A stretch of DNA of 64,000 nucleotides from Anaerolineaceae bacterium. GTDB lineage: Bacteria; Chloroflexota; Anaerolineae; Anaerolineales; Anaerolineaceae. A program made the position numbers and the translations under genes. Below, piece by piece: positions 38,552-48,269 of the stretch (position 1 is the stretch's first letter; the number at the start of each line of letters is the position of its first letter). A model generated the notes under the pieces. That model did no database searches, had not been told where the DNA came from, and saw nothing but the letters and a program-made list of their open reading frames with translations. Location: positions 1,222 through 65,221 of the forward strand of contig PWSY01000101.1 of assembly GCA_003563055.1 (NCBI GenBank), written 5' to 3'.

Positions 38552-39859
38552 ATGAAAAAACCAATCACGTTTATCCTGATTTTAACAACCCTGCTTGCTG
38601 CTGCATGCAGTACCCTGCCTGAGCCTGATGATATCGATGCACCAGGGGATCAAGTCGTTTTGATCAAAGCCGAACTGGCGCGGGAAACCAATCCTGATGC
38701 AACCATGGATCAGATTCAAGCCCTGGCAGATGACAATACCGCCTTTGCGCTCTCCTTTTATGACCAGGTTCGGACGGGGGATGAAAACCTCATCTTCTCA
38801 CCCATCAGTCTTTCACTAGCGCTCAGCATGACGCTGACAGGGGCAGAGACCAGTACCCTTGAAGCGATGCGTTCTGCCTTGCAGCTATCGCTGGCTGAGG
38901 ATGCGGTTCATCCCGCTTTCAACGCACTCCTGCTCGCCATAGAGGAATCACAGAAAGACCTGCCGGATGAGATAGAAGGCAGTAAATTCCAGTTAAATAT
39001 TGCCAACTCGATCTGGGGCCAGGTTGACTTCCCCTTCAAACAACCCTTTATCGATACGCTTGCTTTCCACTATGGCGCAGGCATCCATACGCTTGATTTT
39101 GCCGGTGCACCAGAACCCTCGCGAGAGGTGATCAATGCCTGGGTGGAAGATGAAACCGAGGGAAAAATCCAGGATCTGCTGCCGCAAGGCAGCATCGACA
39201 GCCTGACCCGGCTGGTGTTGGCCAACGCGATCTACTTTAATGGTTCCTGGCGGTTTCCCTTTCCGCGTGGGGGCACCAAAGATGCGCCTTTCACCACGAT
39301 TGATGGCGAAGAAATGATGGTGGAGATGATGCGGCTGTCAGAAAAACGTCTCTTGTATCATCAAGGTGACGATTTCCAGGCGGTACAGCTGCCTTACATC
39401 AGCCCGGATTTTGCGATGACGATCATCCTGCCAGATGATGGGGACTTTCTGAAGGTTGAAGATGACCTGACCCCTGAGATGATCCAGGCTCTGCATGCCA
39501 ATTTCCAGTCAGAATTAATGCACCTGCAAATGCCGAAATTTGATTTCGAGACGACAATCGGCGCTAAAGAGGTCCTGATGGATCTGGGGATGGCAGAAGC
39601 ATTTGACCCGGCCTTATCGGACTTCACTGGCATGGCGGATGTGGAAGATTTGTACATAAGTGATGTGCTCCACAAAGCCACCATCAACGTGGATGAGGTC
39701 GGTACGGAGGCTGCCGCCGCAACCGCTGTCATTGTTGCAGAGACATCAGCACCCATTGACGAGCCCATCTCGATGGTGGTTGACCGCCCCTTCTTGTTTT
39801 TGATCCGGCACACACCGACCGGCACCATTTTATTCATGGGAAGTGTCATGCAGCCGTGA
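38552..39859 (+). CDS. Serpin family lipoprotein
   Basis: Lipobox LAAAC; NLIFSPISLS, INAWVEDETEGKI, LANAIYFNGSW, hinge EVGTEAAAAT, VDRPFLF. Confidence 0.95.
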   Translation: MKKPITFILILTTLLAAACSTLPEPDDIDAPGDQVVLIKAELARETNPDATMDQIQALADDNTAFALSFYDQVRTGDENLIFSPISLSLALSMTLTGAETSTLEAMRSALQLSLAEDAVHPAFNALLLAIEESQKDLPDEIEGSKFQLNIANSIWGQVDFPFKQPFIDTLAFHYGAGIHTLDFAGAPEPSREVINAWVEDETEGKIQDLLPQGSIDSLTRLVLANAIYFNGSWRFPFPRGGTKDAPFTTIDGEEMMVEMMRLSEKRLLYHQGDDFQAVQLPYISPDFAMTIILPDDGDFLKVEDDLTPEMIQALHANFQSELMHLQMPKFDFETTIGAKEVLMDLGMAEAFDPALSDFTGMADVEDLYISDVLHKATINVDEVGTEAAAATAVIVAETSAPIDEPISMVVDRPFLFLIRHTPTGTILFMGSVMQP

Positions 39860-39907
39860 TAAGTGTCTGATACTGACAGCCAAAGGGATGCTATCGTTTA
39901 TTCAGCG

Positions 39908-39988
39908 GTAGGGTGGGTTGGCGGAAAATCAGAATGCCTATAAACTCGTGCCAACGATCTCAAACGACTCATTAAACGCCAACCCATC
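39908..39988. repeat. GTAG-type REP/REPIN-like element
   Basis: GTAGGGTGGGTTGGCG ... CGCCAACCCATC, 12-bp arms with one mismatch around a 53-nt spacer. Confidence 0.6.
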
Positions 39989-40096
39989 ATCCTGTGAGAT
40001 TGATATAGCCTAGACCCTCTCACTTATATTCTCTGGAGTACAACGGAACCCCCACCCTCTGTTCGTGGGGGCACCCCTGAAGTAGGAGATATATTC

Positions 40097-40135
40097 CTCC
40101 CTTCTCCCGCTGGGAGAAGGGTCGGGGATGAGGGG
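40097..40135. repeat. CCCTCTCCC/GGGAGAGGG-type palindromic repeat
   Basis: CTCCCTTCTCCC-gct-GGGAGAAGGG-TCGGGGATGAGGGG. Confidence 0.7.
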
Positions 40136-40216
40136 TGTTCACATCCACTTTTAAAAGTAAAAATAGTCCCCTGATTTTGCGATCGTCTAAATTTAAATCC
40201 CAATTCATGCCTGCCA

Positions 40217-42679
40217 ATGGATAAAACTTTGATAGAATTAAGGTGCTGTCCGGGAGGTGCTCCCTTGCAGGACTCTTTTCAACCCAAACACAAACCCAGG
40301 TCACCCTTTCAAGGCTTTTTGCCATTTTTCTGGCTGGCTCTGGCTGGCATTGGCGGTATTCTTTTTGCTGACTGGGTGGGCCTGCCGGTATGGCTGTGGG
40401 CAGCGGGGGCCTTTGCCAGTACACTGACCCTCATCCTTGCCTGGCGCCTGCCAAAATCACTGACCCTGACCCACCAGCTGAGAAAATGGATACAGTATGA
40501 AAGGCGGTTGAACTGGGCTCTCCTGGCAGGCGTTTTCTTTTTAGGCGCCTGGCGATACAGTGTCATCCAACCCATGATGACACATCACGATGTTGCTTTT
40601 TATAATGACAGGGGCATTGTTCAGGTTATTGGCACTGTCATTCGCCCGCCTGATTATCGCGATCAGCATACCAACCTGGTGATCCAGGTGGAGTCATTAC
40701 ACCTCTTTTCTGATGAGCAAGTTCCAAAAACAGACCAGAACGTGTCGGGAAGGATCCTGCTTCAAATGCCGCCTGGTAGCGACTGGGAATATGGCTACCG
40801 CTTACAAGTCACCGGCTTATTACAGGCGCCGGTGGAGGGAGGGGATTTTTCATACCAATTGTTTCTGGCCCGCAAGGGCATTCACAGCATGATAACCTAT
40901 TCACGACTGGATTGGGTTGAATTTGACCAGGGCAACCCCTTGATGACATTCATTTTTAGTTTACGCACCAGGGCATATCATACGCTTCAATATTTATTCC
41001 CATCACCAGAGTCCGACTTGCTGGCCGGGATATTACTGGGCCGCGACCAGGGTCTGTCGCCTGAATTACAGGAAGCCTTTCGCCGCACTGGCACAACCCA
41101 TATCATCGCCATTTCAGGCTTCAACATTGCCATCCTTGCCGGCCTCTTTTCTGGAATTTCCACACGACTGCTGGGGCGCAGGTGGGGCTCATTGGTTGCC
41201 ATTACTGCTGTCACATATTACTCGATCCTCGTTGGTGGGGATGCTGCCGTCGTCCGTGCAGCCATTATGGGTTCTCTGGGTGTCATGGGTGGGATGTTTG
41301 GCCGTCGACAAAATGGATTGAACAGCCTGGGGCTGGCTGCGCTGGTCATGGCCGCCTTAAACCCGCATATACCCTGGGATGTCAGCTTCCAGTTGTCCCT
41401 TGGGGCAACCCTCGGGCTTGTTCTATACGCCCAACCCCTTGAAGAACGGTTTATCCAACTCGCTATGCGTAGGATGTCTGAGGAACAAGCCCAAAACCTG
41501 GTAGGTCCTGCCAGTGAGTTCTTATTGTTTACCCTGGCTGCACAGGTGATGACCCTGCCCATCATGGCCTATCATTTTGGCGGGATTTCATGGCTGGCGC
41601 TTTTGGCCAATCCATTTATTTTGCCACCCCAGTCGTTAGTCATCATTCTGGGCGGACTGGCCATGCTGGCCGGGATGGCTTTGCCAGGTCTGGGAAGGAT
41701 AATGGCTATCATTGCACTGCCCCCGGTCAGTTACACCATCCACATGGTAAATTGGTTTGGACGACTGCCCGTGGCCGATATCATCCTGCCAAATTTTCAT
41801 TTCCTGTGGCTTGTTATCTTTTATGGTCTGTTATTTATGTTCACATTGATGCCACGTGATCAATTAAATACATTGAGTGCCCTGGTCTTTTCGTTTCAAA
41901 CAGGCTTAATGATCATGGCTGGTGCAATCATATTCCTGTGGCGGGGGGTGCTCACCGCACCAGACGGGCATTTACACCTGACACTGCTGGATTCACAAGG
42001 GACTGTCCTGATTCAAACACCTGCTGGCAATTCCGTTCTGGTTGGTGGTGGCGCAAGGCCTTCCGCGCTTAATCAAGCGCTGGGCCAACTGCTGCCAGCC
42101 AGGAATCGTCAATTAGATGCCGTTATCATCGGGAGCACGTCTCGCGATGACCTTACCGGTCTGATCGGCGTGGTAAAGAAATTCCCGTTTGAGATGGCGC
42201 TTTGGGGCGTGGATCCGAACACAAACCAATCCACCATTGCATTGTATTCTTTACTGGCTCAAAAAGGTGTGCCAATCACCTGGATGGAATCCGGTCAGAG
42301 TTTACACCTGGGAGACGGGCTTACTTTAGAAATACTGTGGACCGGGCCGCGCGGCGCCCTCATCTGGCTTGAATGGGAACAGTTCAATGCGCTGATACCC
42401 ACAGGTAAAGTGCGGGATGCCTGGCAAAACCCACCCAAACCACCACTTATTTTATTTTTACCCAGAGACTTGAAAGCCGTTGATTGCCCTCTGGAACAGA
42501 TCAATTTATGGGCGCCAGCAGTTATTTTACTACCCGTGGACGAAGTTGACCTGCCTTTAATCGGAGAACATGATTTGTTCACCCTCCTGGCAGGATACCC
42601 GTTGGTCAAATCCTTTGAACATGGCTGGGTTCGTATCACTACCGACGGTGACCATGTATGGGTTCATGGTGGAAAGTAA
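40217..42679 (+). CDS. comEC: ComEC/Rec2 competence protein
   Basis: DUF4131-like region, AGILLG, GTTHIIAISGFNI, VRAAIM, SFQLS, degenerate C-terminal MBL fold. Start uncertain. Confidence 0.92.
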   Translation: MDKTLIELRCCPGGAPLQDSFQPKHKPRSPFQGFLPFFWLALAGIGGILFADWVGLPVWLWAAGAFASTLTLILAWRLPKSLTLTHQLRKWIQYERRLNWALLAGVFFLGAWRYSVIQPMMTHHDVAFYNDRGIVQVIGTVIRPPDYRDQHTNLVIQVESLHLFSDEQVPKTDQNVSGRILLQMPPGSDWEYGYRLQVTGLLQAPVEGGDFSYQLFLARKGIHSMITYSRLDWVEFDQGNPLMTFIFSLRTRAYHTLQYLFPSPESDLLAGILLGRDQGLSPELQEAFRRTGTTHIIAISGFNIAILAGLFSGISTRLLGRRWGSLVAITAVTYYSILVGGDAAVVRAAIMGSLGVMGGMFGRRQNGLNSLGLAALVMAALNPHIPWDVSFQLSLGATLGLVLYAQPLEERFIQLAMRRMSEEQAQNLVGPASEFLLFTLAAQVMTLPIMAYHFGGISWLALLANPFILPPQSLVIILGGLAMLAGMALPGLGRIMAIIALPPVSYTIHMVNWFGRLPVADIILPNFHFLWLVIFYGLLFMFTLMPRDQLNTLSALVFSFQTGLMIMAGAIIFLWRGVLTAPDGHLHLTLLDSQGTVLIQTPAGNSVLVGGGARPSALNQALGQLLPARNRQLDAVIIGSTSRDDLTGLIGVVKKFPFEMALWGVDPNTNQSTIALYSLLAQKGVPITWMESGQSLHLGDGLTLEILWTGPRGALIWLEWEQFNALIPTGKVRDAWQNPPKPPLILFLPRDLKAVDCPLEQINLWAPAVILLPVDEVDLPLIGEHDLFTLLAGYPLVKSFEHGWVRITTDGDHVWVHGGK

Positions 42680-42802
42680 GCTGGCATATACCATTAAACA
42701 CCCACCTAAAACAAGGCCTAGCGAAACCCTTCAGTCAGCCATATCTAAAAACAAACTGCTAAGGATTGGTATACTTATCCTTACCATTCAAAGGAGGCTG
42801 CA

Positions 42803-43741
42803 TTGTCGTTCCCAGCTTTACCGGAGCATTATATGATCAACAGGGAGGTCGTCCAGGCTCAGCAAATGGGCGCGCCACTGGTCGCTTTAGAATCAGCTGT
42901 CATTACCCACGGCTTGCCCGCACCGGATAACCTGAACCTGGCGCGGGATATGGAGGCCGTCGTGCGCGCCCACAGTGCCATGCCTGCCACGATTGCCCTT
43001 CTGGATGGGAAAATCCACATTGGCCTGGCAGGTTCCCAGTTGGAAGCCCTAGCCAGGGGAGAGAACAGCCGAAAAATCAGTCTGCGAGATTTTGGCATCG
43101 CCCTCTCAAAAGGCATGAATGGCGGAACAACGGTAGCAGCCACCTTGTTTGTGGCTTCTAAAGCAGGCATCCGCGTCTTTGCCACCGGCGGCATCGGCGG
43201 GGTGCACCGGGGTGCGCCCTTCGACATCTCAGCCGATCTACCTCAGCTCGGCAAATCGCCTGTGCTGGTCGTGTGCGCCGGTGCCAAGGCCATCCTCGAC
43301 CTGCCAGCCACCCGCGAATATCTGGAGACCCTGGGGGTCCCGGTGATCGGTTACCAGACGGATGAATTCCCGGCCTTTTATTCTCAAAACAGCGGCTTGG
43401 CAGTAGATGCACGCGCAGAAACCCCACAAGAGGTTGCTCGGATGGCCGTGTATGCCTGGGAGGCAGGGCTGCCTTCTGCCGTATTGCTGGTGGTTTCCCC
43501 GCCAGCGGAATCAGCCATGCCTTACGACCGGGTTAACGCTACCATCGAACAAGCCCTGGATGAAGCAGTAAGGTCGAAGATCCAGGGGAGCAAAACAACA
43601 CCGTTTCTATTGACGCGAGTCAGTGAATTAACTGGGGGCGACAGCAAGAAAGCGAATTTGGCCTTGTTAAAAAACAACGCCCGTGTGGCTGCCCAGGTGG
43701 CGGTGGCCATGGCCCAACTCGATAAACCCCGTTATTTTTGA
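42803..43741 (+). CDS. psuG: Pseudouridine-5'-phosphate glycosidase
   Basis: VALESAVITHGLP, TTVAAT, FATGGIGGVHRG, DISADL, AGAKAILD, TPFLL; AAGGAGG RBS. Confidence 0.95.
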   Translation: MSFPALPEHYMINREVVQAQQMGAPLVALESAVITHGLPAPDNLNLARDMEAVVRAHSAMPATIALLDGKIHIGLAGSQLEALARGENSRKISLRDFGIALSKGMNGGTTVAATLFVASKAGIRVFATGGIGGVHRGAPFDISADLPQLGKSPVLVVCAGAKAILDLPATREYLETLGVPVIGYQTDEFPAFYSQNSGLAVDARAETPQEVARMAVYAWEAGLPSAVLLVVSPPAESAMPYDRVNATIEQALDEAVRSKIQGSKTTPFLLTRVSELTGGDSKKANLALLKNNARVAAQVAVAMAQLDKPRYF

Positions 43742-43753
43742 CCTGTGTCTTAG

Positions 43754-44674
43754 CTAATCTTCAACTGGGATAGGAGTCGGCGTGAGGGTTGGCCAGCGGG
43801 TATCCGTTGGTCGGGGTGTTCTGGTGCTGGTTGGGGTCAATGAGGGTGTCGGCGTTAAGGTCACCGTTGGTGTATGTGTCGGGGTCAGTGTGGGGGTACT
43901 GGTAACTGTGAAAGTGGGTGTTGGCGGATCGCCAATCACGGTAAAAAAGCCCGACACTTTCCATTCTGTACCCACAAATAATTGCACTTCATATAAACCG
44001 GCCCGCCACTGATCAATGGGTGGCTCCCAACTTGTAAAACCATACCCCCCTGTTCCAAATTCCCATACTCTCGTTTGGTAGTGAACCAGCTCATCTTCCC
44101 AGTACCACAGCGCACTCCATTGGGAACCAAGCTTCATTAGATTGTAACTGAATGTGCCAAAAACTTGACCAACCGGGTTTGTAAATTCTTCGGCCGGATC
44201 AATGGGCTGCCAGTCCTCATCAATACGCTGTGAAAATAGGATGGGGCTGAACACGGTGTCAGGGTCTGGTACGATCTCGGATTCAAATTCATCTTCGATC
44301 TCTCCCGGCATGCTGGGCGTGCTAGTGACCGATGGGGTCTCGGTGATTGTTGGTGCACTGGTAAAAACCAGCGTATCGGTAAAAATCGGCGTCAGGGTGA
44401 TCGTGGTCGTTTGGGTGACTGTAGGTGAAGGCGAATAAACCTGGTAGATAACCGGTTCAGAATAAATTAAAAGAACCCAGGCCACAGGAACCAGGATAAC
44501 CGCGATCAAGATCATCCGCCAACCTCGCACCATGCGGTCGTGTTTTTTACGGTAAAAAGGGATACGCCGACTCGTTAACAGGTTTTTAAGTCCAAAGATG
44601 AGGGTTAAAATCGCCACAAACCCTATGATAATGGTTGCCGTGAGAACGGTGGCATGAACATCAATTTCAAACAT
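43754..44674 (-). CDS. Membrane protein with Pro/Thr-rich linkers and extracellular beta domain
   Basis: Two TM segments, T-P repeats flanking a Trp/Tyr-rich domain, C-terminal (PT)n tail. Likely ATG at 44674. Confidence 0.75.
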   Translation of the reverse strand: MFEIDVHATVLTATIIIGFVAILTLIFGLKNLLTSRRIPFYRKKHDRMVRGWRMILIAVILVPVAWVLLIYSEPVIYQVYSPSPTVTQTTTITLTPIFTDTLVFTSAPTITETPSVTSTPSMPGEIEDEFESEIVPDPDTVFSPILFSQRIDEDWQPIDPAEEFTNPVGQVFGTFSYNLMKLGSQWSALWYWEDELVHYQTRVWEFGTGGYGFTSWEPPIDQWRAGLYEVQLFVGTEWKVSGFFTVIGDPPTPTFTVTSTPTLTPTHTPTVTLTPTPSLTPTSTRTPRPTDTRWPTLTPTPIPVED

Positions 44675-44937
44675 AATAAAGCTTCCCGATAAACATATCG
44701 AATTATAGCGTATTTTATTCCTTATCAGTGGTAGAAGTAAGGAGTCCCTCATGGGAAGCATGCTCATATTTTCGGAATTTTATTAATAATGATGGCCCCC
44801 TGCCACAGCAGCCTGTTTTATGTGAACTCATTCAGAGGAAATAGATACACCAGATCGAGCTGTGTAGAATGCCCCCATTCTATCCTGGATGTCGCCTCGA
44901 TGAACAACCATTGTGTGATATCGTTGCCCCCCCTGGT

Positions 44938-46911
44938 TCACTCTTTTGACTGCAGCCACATAAATTGAACGGGGGCCAACATCAAACCCGGTTCCGTTTT
45001 AACAATTTGCCCCGTTACCAGGTCGACCAAACGTTCTTCTAATCCGAGCAGTCGCTTAGAATTACTTGATAAGGCCTGAGCATTATCGCTGAAATTATTA
45101 AGAAAAACAACCCGCTGACCTTCCATTTGACGGGTATAGCCAAAAACATGCGGATTTCCAGAATCGAGAAAGCGGGGCATAACACCACCTAGTATCGGGG
45201 TTGCTTTTCGCAAGCGAATTAACGCCTTCATGCCCTGAAAAATCCGCCCGGGGATTGTACCCGAATCCTCTCGGTTCGCATAAGCTTCTTCATCCACAGG
45301 GGGGCGATGCACCCATCGGCTGTCATCCGCCTTGGCCGCATCTTGCTGATAGGTATAATCGTTGAGCATCCCAACCTCATCACCCAGATAGATCAAAGGG
45401 ATGCCGCCAATAGTAAAAATTATGTTATGGATCAGCAAAATTCGTCGGATGGCCAGCGCAACTTCTGTTTCAGTCTCTTCATAAATTGCCTTCTCAAGAC
45501 CTGCCAGTGATGCGCATGTACCCGAAATGCGGGCATCCATGGTTTTGGGGTTTTCCTGAAAGGTTAAGCCCCGGGCAAAACTTCCCTCAAACCGCCCGGA
45601 ATAAAAGGCGTTCAAGAATTGCCGATGGTCAAAAGCGTTAATCCCTATTACAGCAGCGTCTTCATCAGAAAAGGTCCATCCAATGTCATCATGACAGCGG
45701 ACATAATTTATCCATGTACACCCATTGGGGACTTGAAAACGATTTGATAAGGAATAGTGGAGCAGGCCCACCTCACGGGTGGCGAGGGTATTCCACAATA
45801 GGGCCATCAACAGGGGATTATAAGAAAGCTGGCACTCATCTGGGCGGATATATTTCGCGACCGCATCCGGATGAACAATCGCCTCCGATTTGAATAGTAA
45901 AGCTGGCGCAGAAATCCGGGCAATCATGTTATAGGCTTGAATGATCTCGTGGGCTTGCGGCAAATTCTCACAATCCGTCCCCAATTCCTTCCAGATGAAC
46001 GCCACCGCATCCAACCGCAATACCTCCACCCCCTGGTTGGCCAAAAACAGCATCTCTGAAGCCATTTGATTAAATACTTCCGGGTTGGCGTAATTGAGAT
46101 CCCACTGATTGGAATGAAATGTTGTCCAAACCCATTTCCCCATATCATGAGAATACGTAAAGGCTCCTGGGTGTTCATCGGGGAATATCTCTCGTAAATG
46201 CTTTTCATATGCGTCTGGCATAGTGCGGTCAGGGAACATCCGGTAATAGTCTTGAAATGTCTCCTCACCCGCGCGTGCTTTACGCGCCCATATATGTTCA
46301 TTGCTGGTGTGGTTAAAAACAAAATCCAACACCAGACTGATCCCCTCCTGGCGCAGTTGATCTGTCAACTGCCGGAGTTCATCCATAATGCCTAAACCCG
46401 GGTCAACCTCCCGATAACTGCTGATGGCATACCCCCCATCGTTCTCACCCTGTGGCGAACGAAATAAGGGCATCAGGTGTAAATAGGTTAATCCCAGCTC
46501 TTTAAAATAAGGGATCTTCGCGCGGATACCCGCCAGGTCGGTGGCAAAGAGATCAACATAACACATCCCACCCAACATTTGATGCGATTGAAACCAGGCC
46601 GGGTTATTCTCCCGGGTCTCATCCAGTGTTTTCAACGACTTGGGTCGATCTACCCATGCCTGGGCCATTATTGTCAATAAAGATTCAAGGTGGAAGAAAA
46701 AATCATACTGATCACCATATAGGTTTACCAAGGATTTAAAAAGGGGTTCAAAATTCGCCTCCAGACGGTTGACAAAACACGACCATTGATGGGGATGACT
46801 ATGTTGGTCCGTGGTAAGAGATGCCACCAAACGAGGCTTCAGTCGATCCAATGTTCTTCTGGCTTCCTGGTGAATTTTCATAAGCGCACTTTCAAATCCG
46901 GATTTACGCAA
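44938..46911 (-). CDS. Amylosucrase-like GH13 (subfamily 4) protein
   Basis: DGGYA, DFVFNHTS, RLDAV, KSEAIV, YVRCHDDIGW, RISGT, DDSRWVHRP. Start may be ATG 46881. Confidence 0.92.
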   Translation of the reverse strand: MRKSGFESALMKIHQEARRTLDRLKPRLVASLTTDQHSHPHQWSCFVNRLEANFEPLFKSLVNLYGDQYDFFFHLESLLTIMAQAWVDRPKSLKTLDETRENNPAWFQSHQMLGGMCYVDLFATDLAGIRAKIPYFKELGLTYLHLMPLFRSPQGENDGGYAISSYREVDPGLGIMDELRQLTDQLRQEGISLVLDFVFNHTSNEHIWARKARAGEETFQDYYRMFPDRTMPDAYEKHLREIFPDEHPGAFTYSHDMGKWVWTTFHSNQWDLNYANPEVFNQMASEMLFLANQGVEVLRLDAVAFIWKELGTDCENLPQAHEIIQAYNMIARISAPALLFKSEAIVHPDAVAKYIRPDECQLSYNPLLMALLWNTLATREVGLLHYSLSNRFQVPNGCTWINYVRCHDDIGWTFSDEDAAVIGINAFDHRQFLNAFYSGRFEGSFARGLTFQENPKTMDARISGTCASLAGLEKAIYEETETEVALAIRRILLIHNIIFTIGGIPLIYLGDEVGMLNDYTYQQDAAKADDSRWVHRPPVDEEAYANREDSGTIPGRIFQGMKALIRLRKATPILGGVMPRFLDSGNPHVFGYTRQMEGQRVVFLNNFSDNAQALSSNSKRLLGLEERLVDLVTGQIVKTEPGLMLAPVQFMWLQSKE

Positions 46912-47045
46912 CCCTCTGCAAGAAGTGTGTTTATGATCCTTTTGATATCTAAATAGGATATTCGTCGAGATAGGCTCATATCAATATGCTTAAAATTAAC
47001 GGGACCAATAAAGGTGCTTTTACTCGGATATGGAACAACGAAAGG

Positions 47046-48059
47046 CTAAGTTGTCTTTCTCTCAATAATTTTTAGTGGCAAGCGTACATGTCTGAGCGGT
47101 CGTTCAGGATCGTTGAGCCGTGACAAAATAATTTCAACTGCCAACCGACCCGATTCATCCAAGGATTGCTGGATGGTGCTCAGGCCAACATAATCTGCCA
47201 GGTCAAGATCATCGAATCCCAGTACCGCCAGGTCTTCAGGAACCCTGAAACCCATCTGCCGCGCTTTATTGACCACACCTACAGCTTGAAGATCTGTGGC
47301 GGCAAAGATCGCCGATGGGGGATTTGAGAGTCTCAACATCGGTTCAATATTGGCTTCCGCGTCTTTTACTTCATATTGCGAGGTGCAGATATACTCTTCT
47401 GGCATGGATAACCCATGCTTTGCAAGCTTATTCACAAACCCATTTAAACGTAAGGTAATGGGTAAAATCGCATAAGCGCCTAGGTCGGTTGTATCTCCAA
47501 TAAAACCTAGTCGTTGATGCCCTTTGCTGATCAGGTATTCAGCAGCCATTTCGCCGCCGGCCACATCATCGATTTCAACAGTATTCAGGTCCTGCCTGGG
47601 GTACTCAATCAAAACGGTTTCCAGATTATTCTGAAGAAGTTTTGCCGCAGACTCATCACTGACGCGCAGTGACAAAAGGATCAAACCTTCCAAATGTGCT
47701 GTTATTGGCAATGTAGAAAGGTAATGATTGAGGTGCTCGATTGAATCAACTGTATAAATGGTCAGCTCATAGCGAGTGGAAAGCAACCCCGCCGCGACGC
47801 CACGCAAACGCTGGACAAAGGCAGGCGCAGTAAAAAAAGGGGTTAATACACCTATGCGGGCAAAGTCTTTCATGGCGCGCGCCCGCGCCTCTGCCTTAGG
47901 GACAAATTGTAACCTGTCAATCGCTTCCTGGACTCTGTCTCGCGTGGCCTCGCTCACATTTGGGCTGGCATTGATCACCCGAGAGACTGTTGAAATACTA
48001 ACACCGGCCGCTTTAGCGACATGGTAAATTGTGGGGGGGCGATTAAGTTTAGAAGTCAT
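47046..48059 (-). CDS. LacI family transcriptional regulator
   Basis: PTIYHVAKAAGVSISTVSRVIN HTH; VPEDLAVLGFDD, LSTIQQ. Confidence 0.95.
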   Translation of the reverse strand: MTSKLNRPPTIYHVAKAAGVSISTVSRVINASPNVSEATRDRVQEAIDRLQFVPKAEARARAMKDFARIGVLTPFFTAPAFVQRLRGVAAGLLSTRYELTIYTVDSIEHLNHYLSTLPITAHLEGLILLSLRVSDESAAKLLQNNLETVLIEYPRQDLNTVEIDDVAGGEMAAEYLISKGHQRLGFIGDTTDLGAYAILPITLRLNGFVNKLAKHGLSMPEEYICTSQYEVKDAEANIEPMLRLSNPPSAIFAATDLQAVGVVNKARQMGFRVPEDLAVLGFDDLDLADYVGLSTIQQSLDESGRLAVEIILSRLNDPERPLRHVRLPLKIIERKTT

Positions 48060-48085
48060 ACCGAATTTCTATAAGAAAACAGTTC

Positions 48086-48099
48086 TGGAAATGCTTCCA
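48086..48099. promoter_or_regulatory. LacI-type operator upstream of the regulator
   Basis: TGGAA-ATGC-TTCCA palindrome 27 nt upstream of the lacI-family start. Confidence 0.55.
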
Positions 48100-48269
48100 A
48101 AAAAGGTGTTTCAACCCATATTAACATATATTTTCTTTTCTGTCAAATTATTTCACTGTTTAAATAATAATTTTGGTTGTAAACGATGCTAGCCCTCGCG
48201 TATAATTAACCTAACCAATTGATAAAAAAAACATCCTAGAAATTCGAAACGTGTAATCAAGGAGAATAA

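Noticed and set aside
43760-43925. DNA-level periodic repeats in the PT-rich gene
   Set aside because: Explained by the encoded (Thr-Pro)n linker.
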